A program made the position numbers and the translations under genes. Positions 37,646 to 47,649 of a stretch of 64,000 nt of DNA are shown piece after piece. The DNA lies in the IMG/VR virus record IMGVR_UViG_3300028103_000009; one strand, 5' to 3'. A model generated the notes under the pieces. That model made no database searches. It was not told where the DNA came from and saw only the letters and a list, made by a program, of their open reading frames with translations. This stretch comes from a virus. Each line of letters starts with the position of its first letter. Position 1 is the stretch's first letter.

Positions 37646-38334
37646 CTGATATCATCCCGGTCTTTATAGGTTATGATCCTAGAGAGGCTATTGCATATCA
37701 TACCTGTGTAAACAGTATTATTAGAAACTCTAGTAAACCAGTTTCTATTATTCCTGTAGCGTTGAATCTATTCAAAGATTATACAGAAACACACACTGAT
37801 GGTAGCAATACATTCATATACTCGAGATTTTTAGTACCTTATCTAATGCGTTGGCAAGGATGGGCTATTTTTATTGACGGTGATATGATCGTAAGGGCTG
37901 ATATTAACGAGTTGTGGGAACTGCGACAAATGGATAAAGATGTCATGGTTGTAAAACATGACTATAAGACTAAATCTGATAAAAAATATCTAGGAAGCAA
38001 GAATGAAGACTATCCAAGAAAAAACTGGTCTAGTGTCATCCTATGGAACTGTTCTACTTTCCCTAATAGAAAACTTACTCCAGAGTTTGTACAGAATTCG
38101 CCAGGATCTGTCCTTCATAGATTTTCGTGGATAAATGATGAGAGGATCGGAGAGCTACCTAAAGAGTGGAACTGGTTACCGGACGAGTATGGTCCTAACC
38201 CAAACGCTAAACTCTTACACTATACATTAGGTACTCCTAGTTTTTATCAATATGCCGATACTCCGATGGGCAGCGATTGGCACCGAGAACGTATACTCAC
38301 AGAATATTGTCAGCAATATGATCTTCCTAAGTAA
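37642..38334 (+). CDS. Glycosyltransferase (GT8-like)
   Basis: FIGYDPRE, SRFLVP, FIDGDM, RKNWSS, HYTLGTP. Confidence 0.85.
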   Translation: MTDIIPVFIGYDPREAIAYHTCVNSIIRNSSKPVSIIPVALNLFKDYTETHTDGSNTFIYSRFLVPYLMRWQGWAIFIDGDMIVRADINELWELRQMDKDVMVVKHDYKTKSDKKYLGSKNEDYPRKNWSSVILWNCSTFPNRKLTPEFVQNSPGSVLHRFSWINDERIGELPKEWNWLPDEYGPNPNAKLLHYTLGTPSFYQYADTPMGSDWHRERILTEYCQQYDLPK

Positions 38335-39085
38335 AGACGGCCAAGACGAATATGTCAATATGCTTGCACATGGATCCGGTAGTACTCCTACTGATACCGC
38401 CTCTTTTGCTTACAGTGATAGCACTGATCCTATTGTTATACGTGGAATTCTCAAGTATAAAATAATGCGTCGTTGTTGGGAAGATGGCAGAGATTTTTAC
38501 TATGTTGACACAGGTTATTTCGGAAACCGTAGATGGAAAGAATGGCATAGGATAGTCAAGAACGATCTACAACACAATGATCTTATACCAAGACCCGACG
38601 ATAGATTTAAAATATTCAATAAAGAAATTTCACCGTGGAAGAAGACAGGTCGAAAAATATTAGTGGCTTTGCCTGATGAAAAACCCTGTAGGTTTTACGA
38701 CACAGATTTAGATACATGGACTAAAGAGACAATCGAACAAATAAAAAAATATACAGACAGACCGATAGAGATAAGAAAAAGAGCTCCAAGGAGAGAAGAC
38801 AGAGTATTATCTAATACATTGCAACAGGCATTAGATGATGATGTGTTTGCACTAGTAACATTTAACAGTAATGCTGCTACTGAAGCTGTCTTTTATGGAA
38901 TACCTAGTTTCGTACTTGCGCCTACGCATGCCGCTAGTCCTGTCTGTTTAAAAGATCTTTCGATGATAGAAACTCCGTTGTATGCAGAAAATAGATATGA
39001 ATGGGCTTGTCATTTAGCTTATGGTCAGTTTCATATCAGAGAAATGAAAGACGGAACAGCCATGAGGATGGTGACTAATGAGTAA
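38318..39085 (+). CDS. Capsule-synthesis-like (KpsS/KpsC-type) glycosyltransferase
   Basis: YVDTGYF, LVTFNSNAATEAVFYGIP, LAYGQF. Confidence 0.55.
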   Translation: MIFLSKDGQDEYVNMLAHGSGSTPTDTASFAYSDSTDPIVIRGILKYKIMRRCWEDGRDFYYVDTGYFGNRRWKEWHRIVKNDLQHNDLIPRPDDRFKIFNKEISPWKKTGRKILVALPDEKPCRFYDTDLDTWTKETIEQIKKYTDRPIEIRKRAPRREDRVLSNTLQQALDDDVFALVTFNSNAATEAVFYGIPSFVLAPTHAASPVCLKDLSMIETPLYAENRYEWACHLAYGQFHIREMKDGTAMRMVTNE

Positions 39086-39998
39086 AACTGTAGCTGTATA
39101 TTACGCAGGTATTCCTAGAAATAATACCAAATCAGAAAAAACAGAAGTATTACGTTTATTTGCTGAAGGTGTAAGAAAAAGTAAAGATGCTGTTATAGAA
39201 GTATGGGAACCTAAACACCTAGTCACTGACCTTGGAGTCATACAAGGATGGGTGCATGAAGGAAGTCAAGGTACACCGCATCTAGCATTTAGAAAACATG
39301 TTATAGAAAAACAACAACAGCATGGTAAACATACTTTAGCTGTAGATAGTAATCTTTTTCTTTATAGAGATATTGAAAATGCTAATCAATATTTGAGATT
39401 CAGTCTCGATGGTGTTTTTCCAACTACTGGATGTTATTTTAATAAACATGTTACAGATATACAATGGAATAAGATCAAGAGAGATTTGAAGATCGATCTA
39501 AGACCGTGGAGACAACAAGGTCAACATATATTAATATGTCTACAGAGAGACGGTGGGTGGTCAATGCGTGGGCTAAATGTCATGCAATGGTTACATCAAA
39601 CTATTGATGAAATACAAAAACGCAGCAAACGTCTTATTATCGTGAGAGCGCATCCTGGAGATAGAAGAAGTAAAGATTATTTGAAGCTAAATCGCCCAGG
39701 AGTCATGATTAGCAGAAATAGTTTATTTCTAGATGACCTTCATAATGCTTGGGCGGTGATCACATACAATAGCAGTCCTGGTGTTGCTGCCGTTATCGAA
39801 GGAGTTCCTGTATTTGTCACGGATCCCACTCCAGAAAATAGTCAAGCATTTGAAGTTGCCAACACAACATTAGAAAATATCGAAGATCCTTGGATGCCAG
39901 ATAGAGAACATTGGATAAGAAAAACCAGTATGAGCCATTTCAGCTTCCGAGATCTCGAATCTGGTGAAGCTTGGCAAGTAATAAGAGAGTACCTATGA
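39078..39998 (+). CDS. Capsule-synthesis-like glycosyltransferase
   Basis: ILICLQ, VRAHPGD, VITYNSSPGVAAVIEGVP. Confidence 0.6.
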   Translation: MSKTVAVYYAGIPRNNTKSEKTEVLRLFAEGVRKSKDAVIEVWEPKHLVTDLGVIQGWVHEGSQGTPHLAFRKHVIEKQQQHGKHTLAVDSNLFLYRDIENANQYLRFSLDGVFPTTGCYFNKHVTDIQWNKIKRDLKIDLRPWRQQGQHILICLQRDGGWSMRGLNVMQWLHQTIDEIQKRSKRLIIVRAHPGDRRSKDYLKLNRPGVMISRNSLFLDDLHNAWAVITYNSSPGVAAVIEGVPVFVTDPTPENSQAFEVANTTLENIEDPWMPDREHWIRKTSMSHFSFRDLESGEAWQVIREYL

Positions 39999-40807
39999 CA
40001 AAATATGCGGTAGTTACAACATTTAATGATGCTGGCCGAGCAAAGTATGGCCAACGTATGATAGACAGCTTTGACAAAACTTGGCCAAAAGAAGTTAAGC
40101 TTCATTTATATCCAGAACTTTGTAACTGTATTGTTCATGACCATCAACAAACAACATTGAAACGTCTAGAAGAAATACCAGAGCTAATGGCATTCAAGGA
40201 AAAATGGAAAAATGTTCCAAAAGCCAACGGAGATGTCAGCAATGACCCAGTTCGTAGCAAGAGAAAAGATGCCGGCAAGGGGTTTAAATGGGATGCTGTG
40301 CGATTTGCACACAAAGTTTATGCGATTTTTCATTGTGCCAGGGAAACTGATGCAGATATCTTAATTTGGATGGATGCTGACACATATTGTCACAGTAAAA
40401 TCACCATGGAAACAATACAGCGTCTTATACCTGCCGATAAAGACCTTTGTTTTCTTGGAAGACAGAGAAAATTCAGCGAATGTGGACTGTACTCTTTGAA
40501 TCTAAGGTCCCCGGCGATCAAAGTTTTTCTAGAAAAGTTTCAATGGATGTACGATTGCGCAGAATTAGGTATTTTTACCTTAGAAGAATGGCATGATAGT
40601 TTTGTTTTTGATGCTGTTCGAAGAAACGTAGTATTAAATGAGTTAGATTGGTCTAGCAATATCGTAACTGGAGAGGGACATCCACTTATTAACACAGAAT
40701 GGGGAGCATATCTTGATCATTTGAAAGGTGCAAGGAAAGATCTTGGAAGATCTCATTCAAAAGATCTATTAGTAAACAGAACAGAACCATATTGGATGAA
40801 TATATGA
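39995..40807 (+). CDS. GT-A glycosyltransferase-like protein
   Basis: AVRFAHKVYA, IWMDAD, EWHDSFVFD, DHLKG. Confidence 0.65.
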   Translation: MTKYAVVTTFNDAGRAKYGQRMIDSFDKTWPKEVKLHLYPELCNCIVHDHQQTTLKRLEEIPELMAFKEKWKNVPKANGDVSNDPVRSKRKDAGKGFKWDAVRFAHKVYAIFHCARETDADILIWMDADTYCHSKITMETIQRLIPADKDLCFLGRQRKFSECGLYSLNLRSPAIKVFLEKFQWMYDCAELGIFTLEEWHDSFVFDAVRRNVVLNELDWSSNIVTGEGHPLINTEWGAYLDHLKGARKDLGRSHSKDLLVNRTEPYWMNI

Positions 40808-41568
40808 CACATTATGCCGTTATCACTTCACTAAATCAAGAATATTTTGACCATTGTGGTCGAGCTTGCCTAGAAACATTTTCTAGATTCTGGCCCGACG
40901 ACATCACACTACATGTTTTCAATGAAGACATGGTTAAGCCTCAAAAATATAAGAAAGTAAACTATATAAACTGGAAAGTTTTAGGTGCAGAATACACAGA
41001 TTTTGTCTCAAGGACAGAAAACTCCAAGGTCATACAGTTTAGCAAAAAGGCTTTTCCGATCATATGGGCATTTGACAACATCCCTTGCGATCGATTGATA
41101 TGGTTAGACGCTGATGTAGCAACAAAAAGAGACATGAGTGTACAACTACTAGATTTACTCAGTAATCCAGAAACACTTAGTACACATTACGGAGTAAAAC
41201 ACCCATGGCCCAGCGAAGAAAATCCTGACAGGGTTAGCTTCAGCTGTGAAACAGGATTTTTTATCTTAAACAAAACACATAGAATGTTTCCAGAGTTTGC
41301 TAAAATCTATAAAAAATACTATACCAAGGATTTGGGATATAATCTTAGGAGATTTTATGATGGCGAGGTCTATGGAGCCGTTGTGGCCGAACTAGAAGAG
41401 AAGGGAGCAGCGATGTTTGAGTTGAACCCTGGTCAAAAACATAAGACCCCTATACCAAGAAGTGTCATGGCTCCTTACATACAACACTACAAAGCAGGAG
41501 CCAAGGACGGTATTAATAACGAAACCATACTCAATAGCATAGAAGAGGAAGAATCTTATGAAGATTAA
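40804..41568 (+). CDS. GT-A glycosyltransferase-like protein
   Basis: FSKKAF, IWLDAD, CETGF, HYKAG; paralogue of the preceding gene. Confidence 0.65.
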   Translation: MTHYAVITSLNQEYFDHCGRACLETFSRFWPDDITLHVFNEDMVKPQKYKKVNYINWKVLGAEYTDFVSRTENSKVIQFSKKAFPIIWAFDNIPCDRLIWLDADVATKRDMSVQLLDLLSNPETLSTHYGVKHPWPSEENPDRVSFSCETGFFILNKTHRMFPEFAKIYKKYYTKDLGYNLRRFYDGEVYGAVVAELEEKGAAMFELNPGQKHKTPIPRSVMAPYIQHYKAGAKDGINNETILNSIEEEESYED

Positions 41569-42394
41569 GTTGTACCGCGAACACGGTGCTCTTAACAGCA
41601 AGGATATTTTTGATGCTTTTGAAGAAGGTGTTAAAAAAATCGGTCATGAAGTGGTTGATCATAACGAGGATGTTTCTGTTATATGGTCTGTGCTTTGGAA
41701 TGGACGTATGCAGGCCAATAAAACAGTCTATGAGGAGTGTCGTAGGATACAAAGACCGGTAATCATTATCGAAGTAGGTTCGTTGATACGCAACAAAACA
41801 TGGAAGATCGGTCTGAATCACATCAACGCCTATGGCATCTTCGGTCATACTGAAGACCTAGATCAGGATAGACCAAAAAAACTGGGTATCGACCTTAAAC
41901 CCCTTCAAAATTTCAGAAGAAACGAGATTTTAATAGCCTGTCAACATGACCGCAGCCTCCAATGGGAAACCAATCCTCCGATGAACGTGTGGGTCAATGA
42001 AACTGTAAATGAAATAAAAAGATACACTGATCGTCATGTAGTAGTAAGACCACATCCCAGGTCACAGTCTATAACACCAAACCAGAATTTTACCCTGATT
42101 CCACCAAAAAAACTGGTCGGCACATATGATGATTTTGATTTTGATTTCAACTATCATTGCATCGTCAACTTCTGTAGCGGACCCTCCATACAGGCAGTCA
42201 TCAATGGTGTCCCGGTAATCTGTGACCGATCAAGTCTGGCTGCAGACATGAGTGGAAATTTCGAAAAAATTGAGGAAATTTCACTGCCTGACCGGTCAAC
42301 ATGGTTTACGAAGATTTGCCATACAGAGTATCTAGTCGAAGAACTCAGAGAAGGTCTTCCATTAAAAAGGTTAGAAAAATATATTAGGTCTTGA
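41558..42394 (+). CDS. Capsule-synthesis-like glycosyltransferase
   Basis: ILIACQ, VRPHPR, VNFCSGPSIQAVINGVP. Confidence 0.6.
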   Translation: MKIKLYREHGALNSKDIFDAFEEGVKKIGHEVVDHNEDVSVIWSVLWNGRMQANKTVYEECRRIQRPVIIIEVGSLIRNKTWKIGLNHINAYGIFGHTEDLDQDRPKKLGIDLKPLQNFRRNEILIACQHDRSLQWETNPPMNVWVNETVNEIKRYTDRHVVVRPHPRSQSITPNQNFTLIPPKKLVGTYDDFDFDFNYHCIVNFCSGPSIQAVINGVPVICDRSSLAADMSGNFEKIEEISLPDRSTWFTKICHTEYLVEELREGLPLKRLEKYIRS

Positions 42395-42419
42395 CTTTCA
42401 GATTTTATTACGCTATACT
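42391..42419 (+). promoter_or_regulatory. sigma70-type promoter (leaderless to ATG 42426)
   Basis: TTGACT-17-TATACT. Confidence 0.75.
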
Positions 42420-42425
42420 TAAAAA

Positions 42426-43628
42426 ATGCTAAAATCTGATTTCATCGAAGACGTTTTCTTAGAATTTTTCGATACCTTTTCTAGGAAGAGTGTTGCCATC
42501 GCGTCTCAGGACCAGTCGGCCTGCCACAGTTTTTATAATGCTATCTATGGCGGTAAAGGACTGACTCAGGCCCAAGCCAACTACATCATAAAAATCCTAG
42601 AAAAACACAAAAATTTGTCGGCCAACGTGGGTTTTGATTATCGACCGATATTGACACAACCCCACAAATGGAAAAATGCATTCCGAGTCATCGACTACTC
42701 TAAAAGAGTCTATGTTGAAAAAAATGATCAAGGTCGCATCGATGTATGCCTGAAGTTTCCGTACCAACTCAAGAAGGAATTTGAGGAAGAATTTGAAGGA
42801 AAAAATGCCGAAACTACTAGTAGCCAATGGGACCATGATGCCAAGGTAAGACGTGTTCCTTTATACGACACAAACCTTATACACATTTTTGATTTTGTTT
42901 CAAAGCATGGTTTTGAAATAGATGAAACTTTCATGATAGCCATGGGAGAAGTCGAAGAAATATGGCAAAATCAAGACGATGTTGTTCCTTACTGTTATTG
43001 GGATGGTGGACATATTAGATTGAAAAATGTCTCTGATGACGCATCCAATCATTTTGTCAATCTTCGAACAGATAGATTACCTTCTGATTTAATGCTGGCG
43101 AAATCTATGGGTATTCCTTATAAACCTGGCAATCGTATTGCTTCAGATAATCTTTTATACAAGATCGCCAGCTCAGAAGAAAATCATTTTTGGATTAAAA
43201 ATGTGCAGGAGTTTATAGATCTCTGCTATCATATCGACGATCGTGTCGCTATTCTTTTGGATCCTAATAGTAATGAAATAGAATGGGTCAAAGATTTTGT
43301 TAAAACGGTCAATGACATGGGGCATGACATCACCAAGGTACGTGTTTGTTTTAGGCAAGATAAAACTATCGATGACGGATTCAATCAATGGATCAAAGAT
43401 GCCAATGTAGGCGGACCCGTTGAAGGTGGAAACATTTTAATCTTCAAAGGAAAGCCGGCAAAGTGGTTGTTTAAAGAAACAAAACATGTTACACTATTAG
43501 CTAGTAATGGTTTGTATCCTTCACCTGGACCCATCACACGAGACTGGATTGATTCTCATCCTTGTGTGATTTATGTGGGCGATATAAAACCTACTAGATC
43601 GAGGAATAAGAAAATTGTCGAACTGTAA
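42426..43628 (+). CDS. Hypothetical protein
   Basis: 400-aa ORF upstream of uvsW. Confidence 0.7.
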   Translation: MLKSDFIEDVFLEFFDTFSRKSVAIASQDQSACHSFYNAIYGGKGLTQAQANYIIKILEKHKNLSANVGFDYRPILTQPHKWKNAFRVIDYSKRVYVEKNDQGRIDVCLKFPYQLKKEFEEEFEGKNAETTSSQWDHDAKVRRVPLYDTNLIHIFDFVSKHGFEIDETFMIAMGEVEEIWQNQDDVVPYCYWDGGHIRLKNVSDDASNHFVNLRTDRLPSDLMLAKSMGIPYKPGNRIASDNLLYKIASSEENHFWIKNVQEFIDLCYHIDDRVAILLDPNSNEIEWVKDFVKTVNDMGHDITKVRVCFRQDKTIDDGFNQWIKDANVGGPVEGGNILIFKGKPAKWLFKETKHVTLLASNGLYPSPGPITRDWIDSHPCVIYVGDIKPTRSRNKKIVEL

Positions 43629-45069
43629 ACTAATAATAAAAGACGAAGTTAATATTAAGTTTGAAGGTCTGGCTGTTGAGACACGGCGAAAGATTGTAAA
43701 CAAGTTAAAGTTCGACCTACCATACGCTCGACACATGCCCGCCTATAAGTTAGGTCGCTGGGATGGAACAAAAACATTTTTTGGTATCGGTGGAAACGGA
43801 TATCTAGCGCATCTTGATGTAATACTTCCTATAATCGAGGATTCGGGTTACGATATAGAAGTAGAAGACCAACGTGTATCACACGATTTTAAGTTTGATC
43901 TTATCGGTGATGATTATTGGTCAAAGCAAGGCAAAACATGGCCAGAAGGTCATCAGTTTGCCGGAGAACCTATTGTACTTCGTGATTATCAATATGACGT
44001 AGTCAATAAGTTTTTAGAGAACCCGCAATCACTACAGGAGGTAGCTACAGGTGCAGGCAAAACGATTACTACTGCGACGTTATCGCATCTTTGTGAGGTA
44101 TATGGTCGTACGATGGTTATTGTTCCGAACAAATCGCTTGTTGAACAAACTGAAGCGGACTACAAAAATCTCGGCTTAGATGTCGGTGTTTATTTCGGCG
44201 ATAGGAAAGAACTCAATAGGACACACACAGTATGCACATGGCAAAGTCTCAATGTGCTAGATAAGAAAAGCTATGACGAAGAAAGCCTAACACTAGCAGA
44301 GTTCTGCGAAGGAGTCGTGGCTGTCATAGTCGACGAGGTACATCAGGCTAAGGCAGATGTGCTGACAAAACTGTTAACTCAGAACTTCCGTAACTGCGGA
44401 ATACGTTGGGGGTTAACAGGAACCATTCCTAAAGAAAAGTGGGAGTTTCAAAGTGTTTTGGCCAGTATAGGTCCAGTAATCAATCAAGTCACAGCACACG
44501 ATCTCCAGCAAAAAGATGTTCTAGCAAAACTAGATATACAAATATTACAGACATCTGATGTGCAGGTATTTAGGAACTATCAAGAAGAATATACTTGGTT
44601 AGTAACTGACAGCAAAAGATTAGACTGGATCGCCGACAAAATAAAAAGTTTTAGGTCTACTGGAAATACTCTTGTATTAGTGAATCGCATTGATACAGGA
44701 GAAAAACTCATTGATAGGATTCCTGATGCTGTCTTTATCAGCGGTGCTGTTAAACTAGACGAACGCAAGGAAGAATATGATGAAGTTAAAACAAGTGATG
44801 ACAAGGTTATTGTGGCGACTTACGGTGTGGCCGCTGTTGGCATTAATATTCCAAGGATTTTTAATCTGGTTCTTATTGAGCCCGGAAAGAGCTTTGTCCG
44901 CGTTATACAAAGCATTGGGCGAGGCATTAGAAAAGCAGAAGACAAAGACTTCGTACAGATCTGGGACATCACCAGCACCTGTAAGTATGCCAAGCGACAT
45001 CTCACCGAACGCAAAAAATATTATAAGGAAGCAAAGTATCCGTTCACGGTTACAAAGGTAAACACATGA
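43615..45069 (+). CDS. uvsW: UvsW-like SF2 DNA helicase
   Basis: LRDYQ, ATGAGKT, DEVH, GLTGT, QSIGRG.R. Confidence 0.9.
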   Translation: MSNCKLIIKDEVNIKFEGLAVETRRKIVNKLKFDLPYARHMPAYKLGRWDGTKTFFGIGGNGYLAHLDVILPIIEDSGYDIEVEDQRVSHDFKFDLIGDDYWSKQGKTWPEGHQFAGEPIVLRDYQYDVVNKFLENPQSLQEVATGAGKTITTATLSHLCEVYGRTMVIVPNKSLVEQTEADYKNLGLDVGVYFGDRKELNRTHTVCTWQSLNVLDKKSYDEESLTLAEFCEGVVAVIVDEVHQAKADVLTKLLTQNFRNCGIRWGLTGTIPKEKWEFQSVLASIGPVINQVTAHDLQQKDVLAKLDIQILQTSDVQVFRNYQEEYTWLVTDSKRLDWIADKIKSFRSTGNTLVLVNRIDTGEKLIDRIPDAVFISGAVKLDERKEEYDEVKTSDDKVIVATYGVAAVGINIPRIFNLVLIEPGKSFVRVIQSIGRGIRKAEDKDFVQIWDITSTCKYAKRHLTERKKYYKEAKYPFTVTKVNT

Positions 45070-45572
45070 GAATATTAACATTAAACAACACATCATTCGA
45101 TTTGAATGAACTACCAGACGAAGTAGATGAAGATACTAGATTCAGTGTGCTAGATAACAGTAATCCCAACGAACCGGATTTCTTTTTTATGCCGCTGATT
45201 TTTCTTGAATCTTTTAATAGTCCTGCTATATTACTAAACATAGGCGGATATGAAGTACAGATGCCTTTAGATTGGTGCATGGTAGTTGGTGACAAGGAAT
45301 GCGGCTTAGATCCAGAAGTCCTTCCACTAACTAGCATCAACGAAAGAGGGTTTGATGCATTGATCTTCAATCCTATAAAAGGTTTTAAGGCAGAGTTTTA
45401 TCCGATTGAGATAGTAAATATTTTTCAAGATGTTAAATGGTATTTTCCAAAGATGAAAAACGGACAACTGCTAACAGTACCATTGCATGATGGAGAAAAT
45501 CCTCCATGTGCATATTTTGTCAAAGAAGTTAGCAGACAGAGTGAAGTATTGCAGTTGGAAAAAATACTATGA
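45066..45572 (+). CDS. Hypothetical beta-rich protein
   Basis: ORF coupled to uvsW (ATGA overlap). Confidence 0.65.
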   Translation: MRILTLNNTSFDLNELPDEVDEDTRFSVLDNSNPNEPDFFFMPLIFLESFNSPAILLNIGGYEVQMPLDWCMVVGDKECGLDPEVLPLTSINERGFDALIFNPIKGFKAEFYPIEIVNIFQDVKWYFPKMKNGQLLTVPLHDGENPPCAYFVKEVSRQSEVLQLEKIL

Positions 45573-45829
45573 TACCAGGCACAGATACAAGTAGGAGATA
45601 TTGGGGTGAAAACTACGATGGGTTCGAACGTACTGCTGCATGGAAAAAAGAGTTTTGTTGGCTTCCAAAGAAATGTCATATCACGAAAAAAATTCTATGG
45701 TTCGTGCCTGCATACCATGGCGTGGCCCTATACCCAGGACCGACTGAAGCGGTAGTAGAGTTTCGTTGCTATTCCAAGGAAACTTTTATGACCAAAGCTC
45801 TTAAAGGAGAACTGAGATGGGATCGTTAA
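45569..45829 (+). CDS. Hypothetical protein
   Basis: ATGA-coupled ORF. Confidence 0.55.
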   Translation: MIPGTDTSRRYWGENYDGFERTAAWKKEFCWLPKKCHITKKILWFVPAYHGVALYPGPTEAVVEFRCYSKETFMTKALKGELRWDR

Positions 45830-46101
45830 AACCGGGCGCAACTTATATCTACGAAAGACAAGGTGGTACGGTCTATGCCAGAGAGATGGGGTCTGATCCT
45901 AGCAGTCGCATCGTGATAGGTTATGACTGGCAACTTGAAGATAATCCTGCAAGAGTTCGAGGTACCGCGAGAGAAACTGTATTAGAAAATCAACTGTGGC
46001 ACGAGATACGATTGGCGGCAAAAACCAACAAAAACTTGCAAGACGCATTAGATCGTGCTAAAATAATATATGAGCTGAGTAAGAAAGATGGGCAAGAATA
46101 A
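45817..46101 (+). CDS. Hypothetical protein
   Basis: AAGGAG RBS. Confidence 0.65.
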   Translation: MGSLKPGATYIYERQGGTVYAREMGSDPSSRIVIGYDWQLEDNPARVRGTARETVLENQLWHEIRLAAKTNKNLQDALDRAKIIYELSKKDGQE

Positions 46102-46567
46102 ACACGTAGACCTATTCAAAGATATGATACCTGCTGTTGATATGGGTATCAAAGAGCTTTGGGATGCCGCCACTGATGAAGGTCGCAAAGAAATCAAAGG
46201 CGACCTCTTCAATCTTAATAGATATATCAGCAGTGTTAAAACCAGCAACTCTGAACTACAAGAGCATTATCTCCTAACAGTTAATGAATACTACAACAAG
46301 AACTGGAATGAGATCAGCGCACACCCAAAGCTACAATGGCTTACTCTAGTGGCATGTAGTCATGAATCTAAGAAAGCACATTTTCACGAATGGATTCCTT
46401 TAAAGAAAGTTAAGAATCGCAAAGAAGAAGTTTTATCGGAACTGTTTCCCAATATGAAACTTGATGATATTTCTGCATTGGCCGCTATCACTACAGATAA
46501 AGAGATAAAGGAATACTGTGAGACACTTGGTTGGGATAAAAAAGAAATCAATGGACTTAAACTATAA
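46088..46567 (+). CDS. Possible clamp-loader small subunit (T4 gp62-like)
   Basis: Size and HPKLQWL...FHEWI.LKK pattern; replication cluster. Confidence 0.45.
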   Translation: MGKNKHVDLFKDMIPAVDMGIKELWDAATDEGRKEIKGDLFNLNRYISSVKTSNSELQEHYLLTVNEYYNKNWNEISAHPKLQWLTLVACSHESKKAHFHEWIPLKKVKNRKEEVLSELFPNMKLDDISALAAITTDKEIKEYCETLGWDKKEINGLKL

Positions 46568-47234
46568 GTGTGAACACTGCGGTAAGTTATTCGCTAAAGA
46601 AAAAACTTTAGTAGTTCACCTTTGTGAGCAGAAGCGTAGATACATCAGCCGTAATGAACGGCATGTACAAGCAGGTCTTCTCACGTTTCAAAAGTTCTAT
46701 GAAGTCGCACAAAAGAATAAAACTCCTAAGACATTTGATGAGTTTGAAGCCAGTCCTTATTACACGGCATTCGTTAAGTTTGGCAGCTTTCTGATCAATA
46801 CCTCGCCTATATATCCTGAACAGTTTATTGATTTTGTTGTAAAGAGTGGAGTGAAACTAGATCACTGGTGTCGAGACGAACTCTATGAACAATACCTTAG
46901 CGAACTAGTAAAAAAAGAGCCTGCAGACGGTGCTATACAGCGATCTATTAAAACTATGATGGATTGGGGTGATGCTAACAATGCACCGTGGGAGCATTAT
47001 TTTCAATACGTCAATCTAAACAGAGCCACACACGATATCCGAGAAGGATTGGTAAGTCCTTGGTTAGTGTTAAATACCAAATCGGGGAAAGAGATGTTGT
47101 CTAGGATGAACGATGAGCAGTTAGAAATAATAGGCCCGATTATAGATCCACAGTTCTGGATTCGAAGGTTTAAAGCACTGCCTGCTGATATCGAACTCAT
47201 CAAAGACGTTGTTAAAGAAGCGAAAATTTTATAA
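46551..47234 (+). CDS. Zn-finger (CxxC...HxC) hypothetical protein
   Basis: YKCEHCGKLF..EKTL..HLC. Confidence 0.65.
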   Translation: MDLNYKCEHCGKLFAKEKTLVVHLCEQKRRYISRNERHVQAGLLTFQKFYEVAQKNKTPKTFDEFEASPYYTAFVKFGSFLINTSPIYPEQFIDFVVKSGVKLDHWCRDELYEQYLSELVKKEPADGAIQRSIKTMMDWGDANNAPWEHYFQYVNLNRATHDIREGLVSPWLVLNTKSGKEMLSRMNDEQLEIIGPIIDPQFWIRRFKALPADIELIKDVVKEAKIL

Positions 47235-47458
47235 TGCCTAAAAGACCTAAAGAAGAAGTAGTAGAAGAAGAACTGGCTGATAACGAAGAGTTTATTTCCA
47301 GAGACGATCTAGACATCGAAGTAGTCGTTGGCAATGAATCACCTGATGTATATGTTAAGTTTAGTGGCTTCGAAGACGAAGAAGATGCTGAAGAGTATGC
47401 ACAGTTTTTAGCTGACACGTTACCTCTACTATTATTCGAAACGACGAGATTGCAGTAA
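47234..47458 (+). CDS. Small acidic hypothetical protein
   Basis: ORF, very Glu/Asp-rich. Confidence 0.55.
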   Translation: MPKRPKEEVVEEELADNEEFISRDDLDIEVVVGNESPDVYVKFSGFEDEEDAEEYAQFLADTLPLLLFETTRLQ

Positions 47459-47649
47459 TGAAAACCAGAAAGTTACAAGATGGTTCTGAAGTTCAAGAAC
47501 TTGAGGAACCAAAAATCCTTACCGTTAAAACGAAATGTCCAGAAAAATGGTTATTGGTTGACTTAGAGACTGGAGAGCGTTATACTGGATACATTACTGA
47601 TGGAAATCAAAGTTGGAAAAAAGTTAATACATGCCGGACATTGACATAG
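47458..47649 (+). CDS. Small hypothetical protein
   Basis: TAATG-coupled ORF. Confidence 0.55.
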   Translation: MKTRKLQDGSEVQELEEPKILTVKTKCPEKWLLVDLETGERYTGYITDGNQSWKKVNTCRTLT

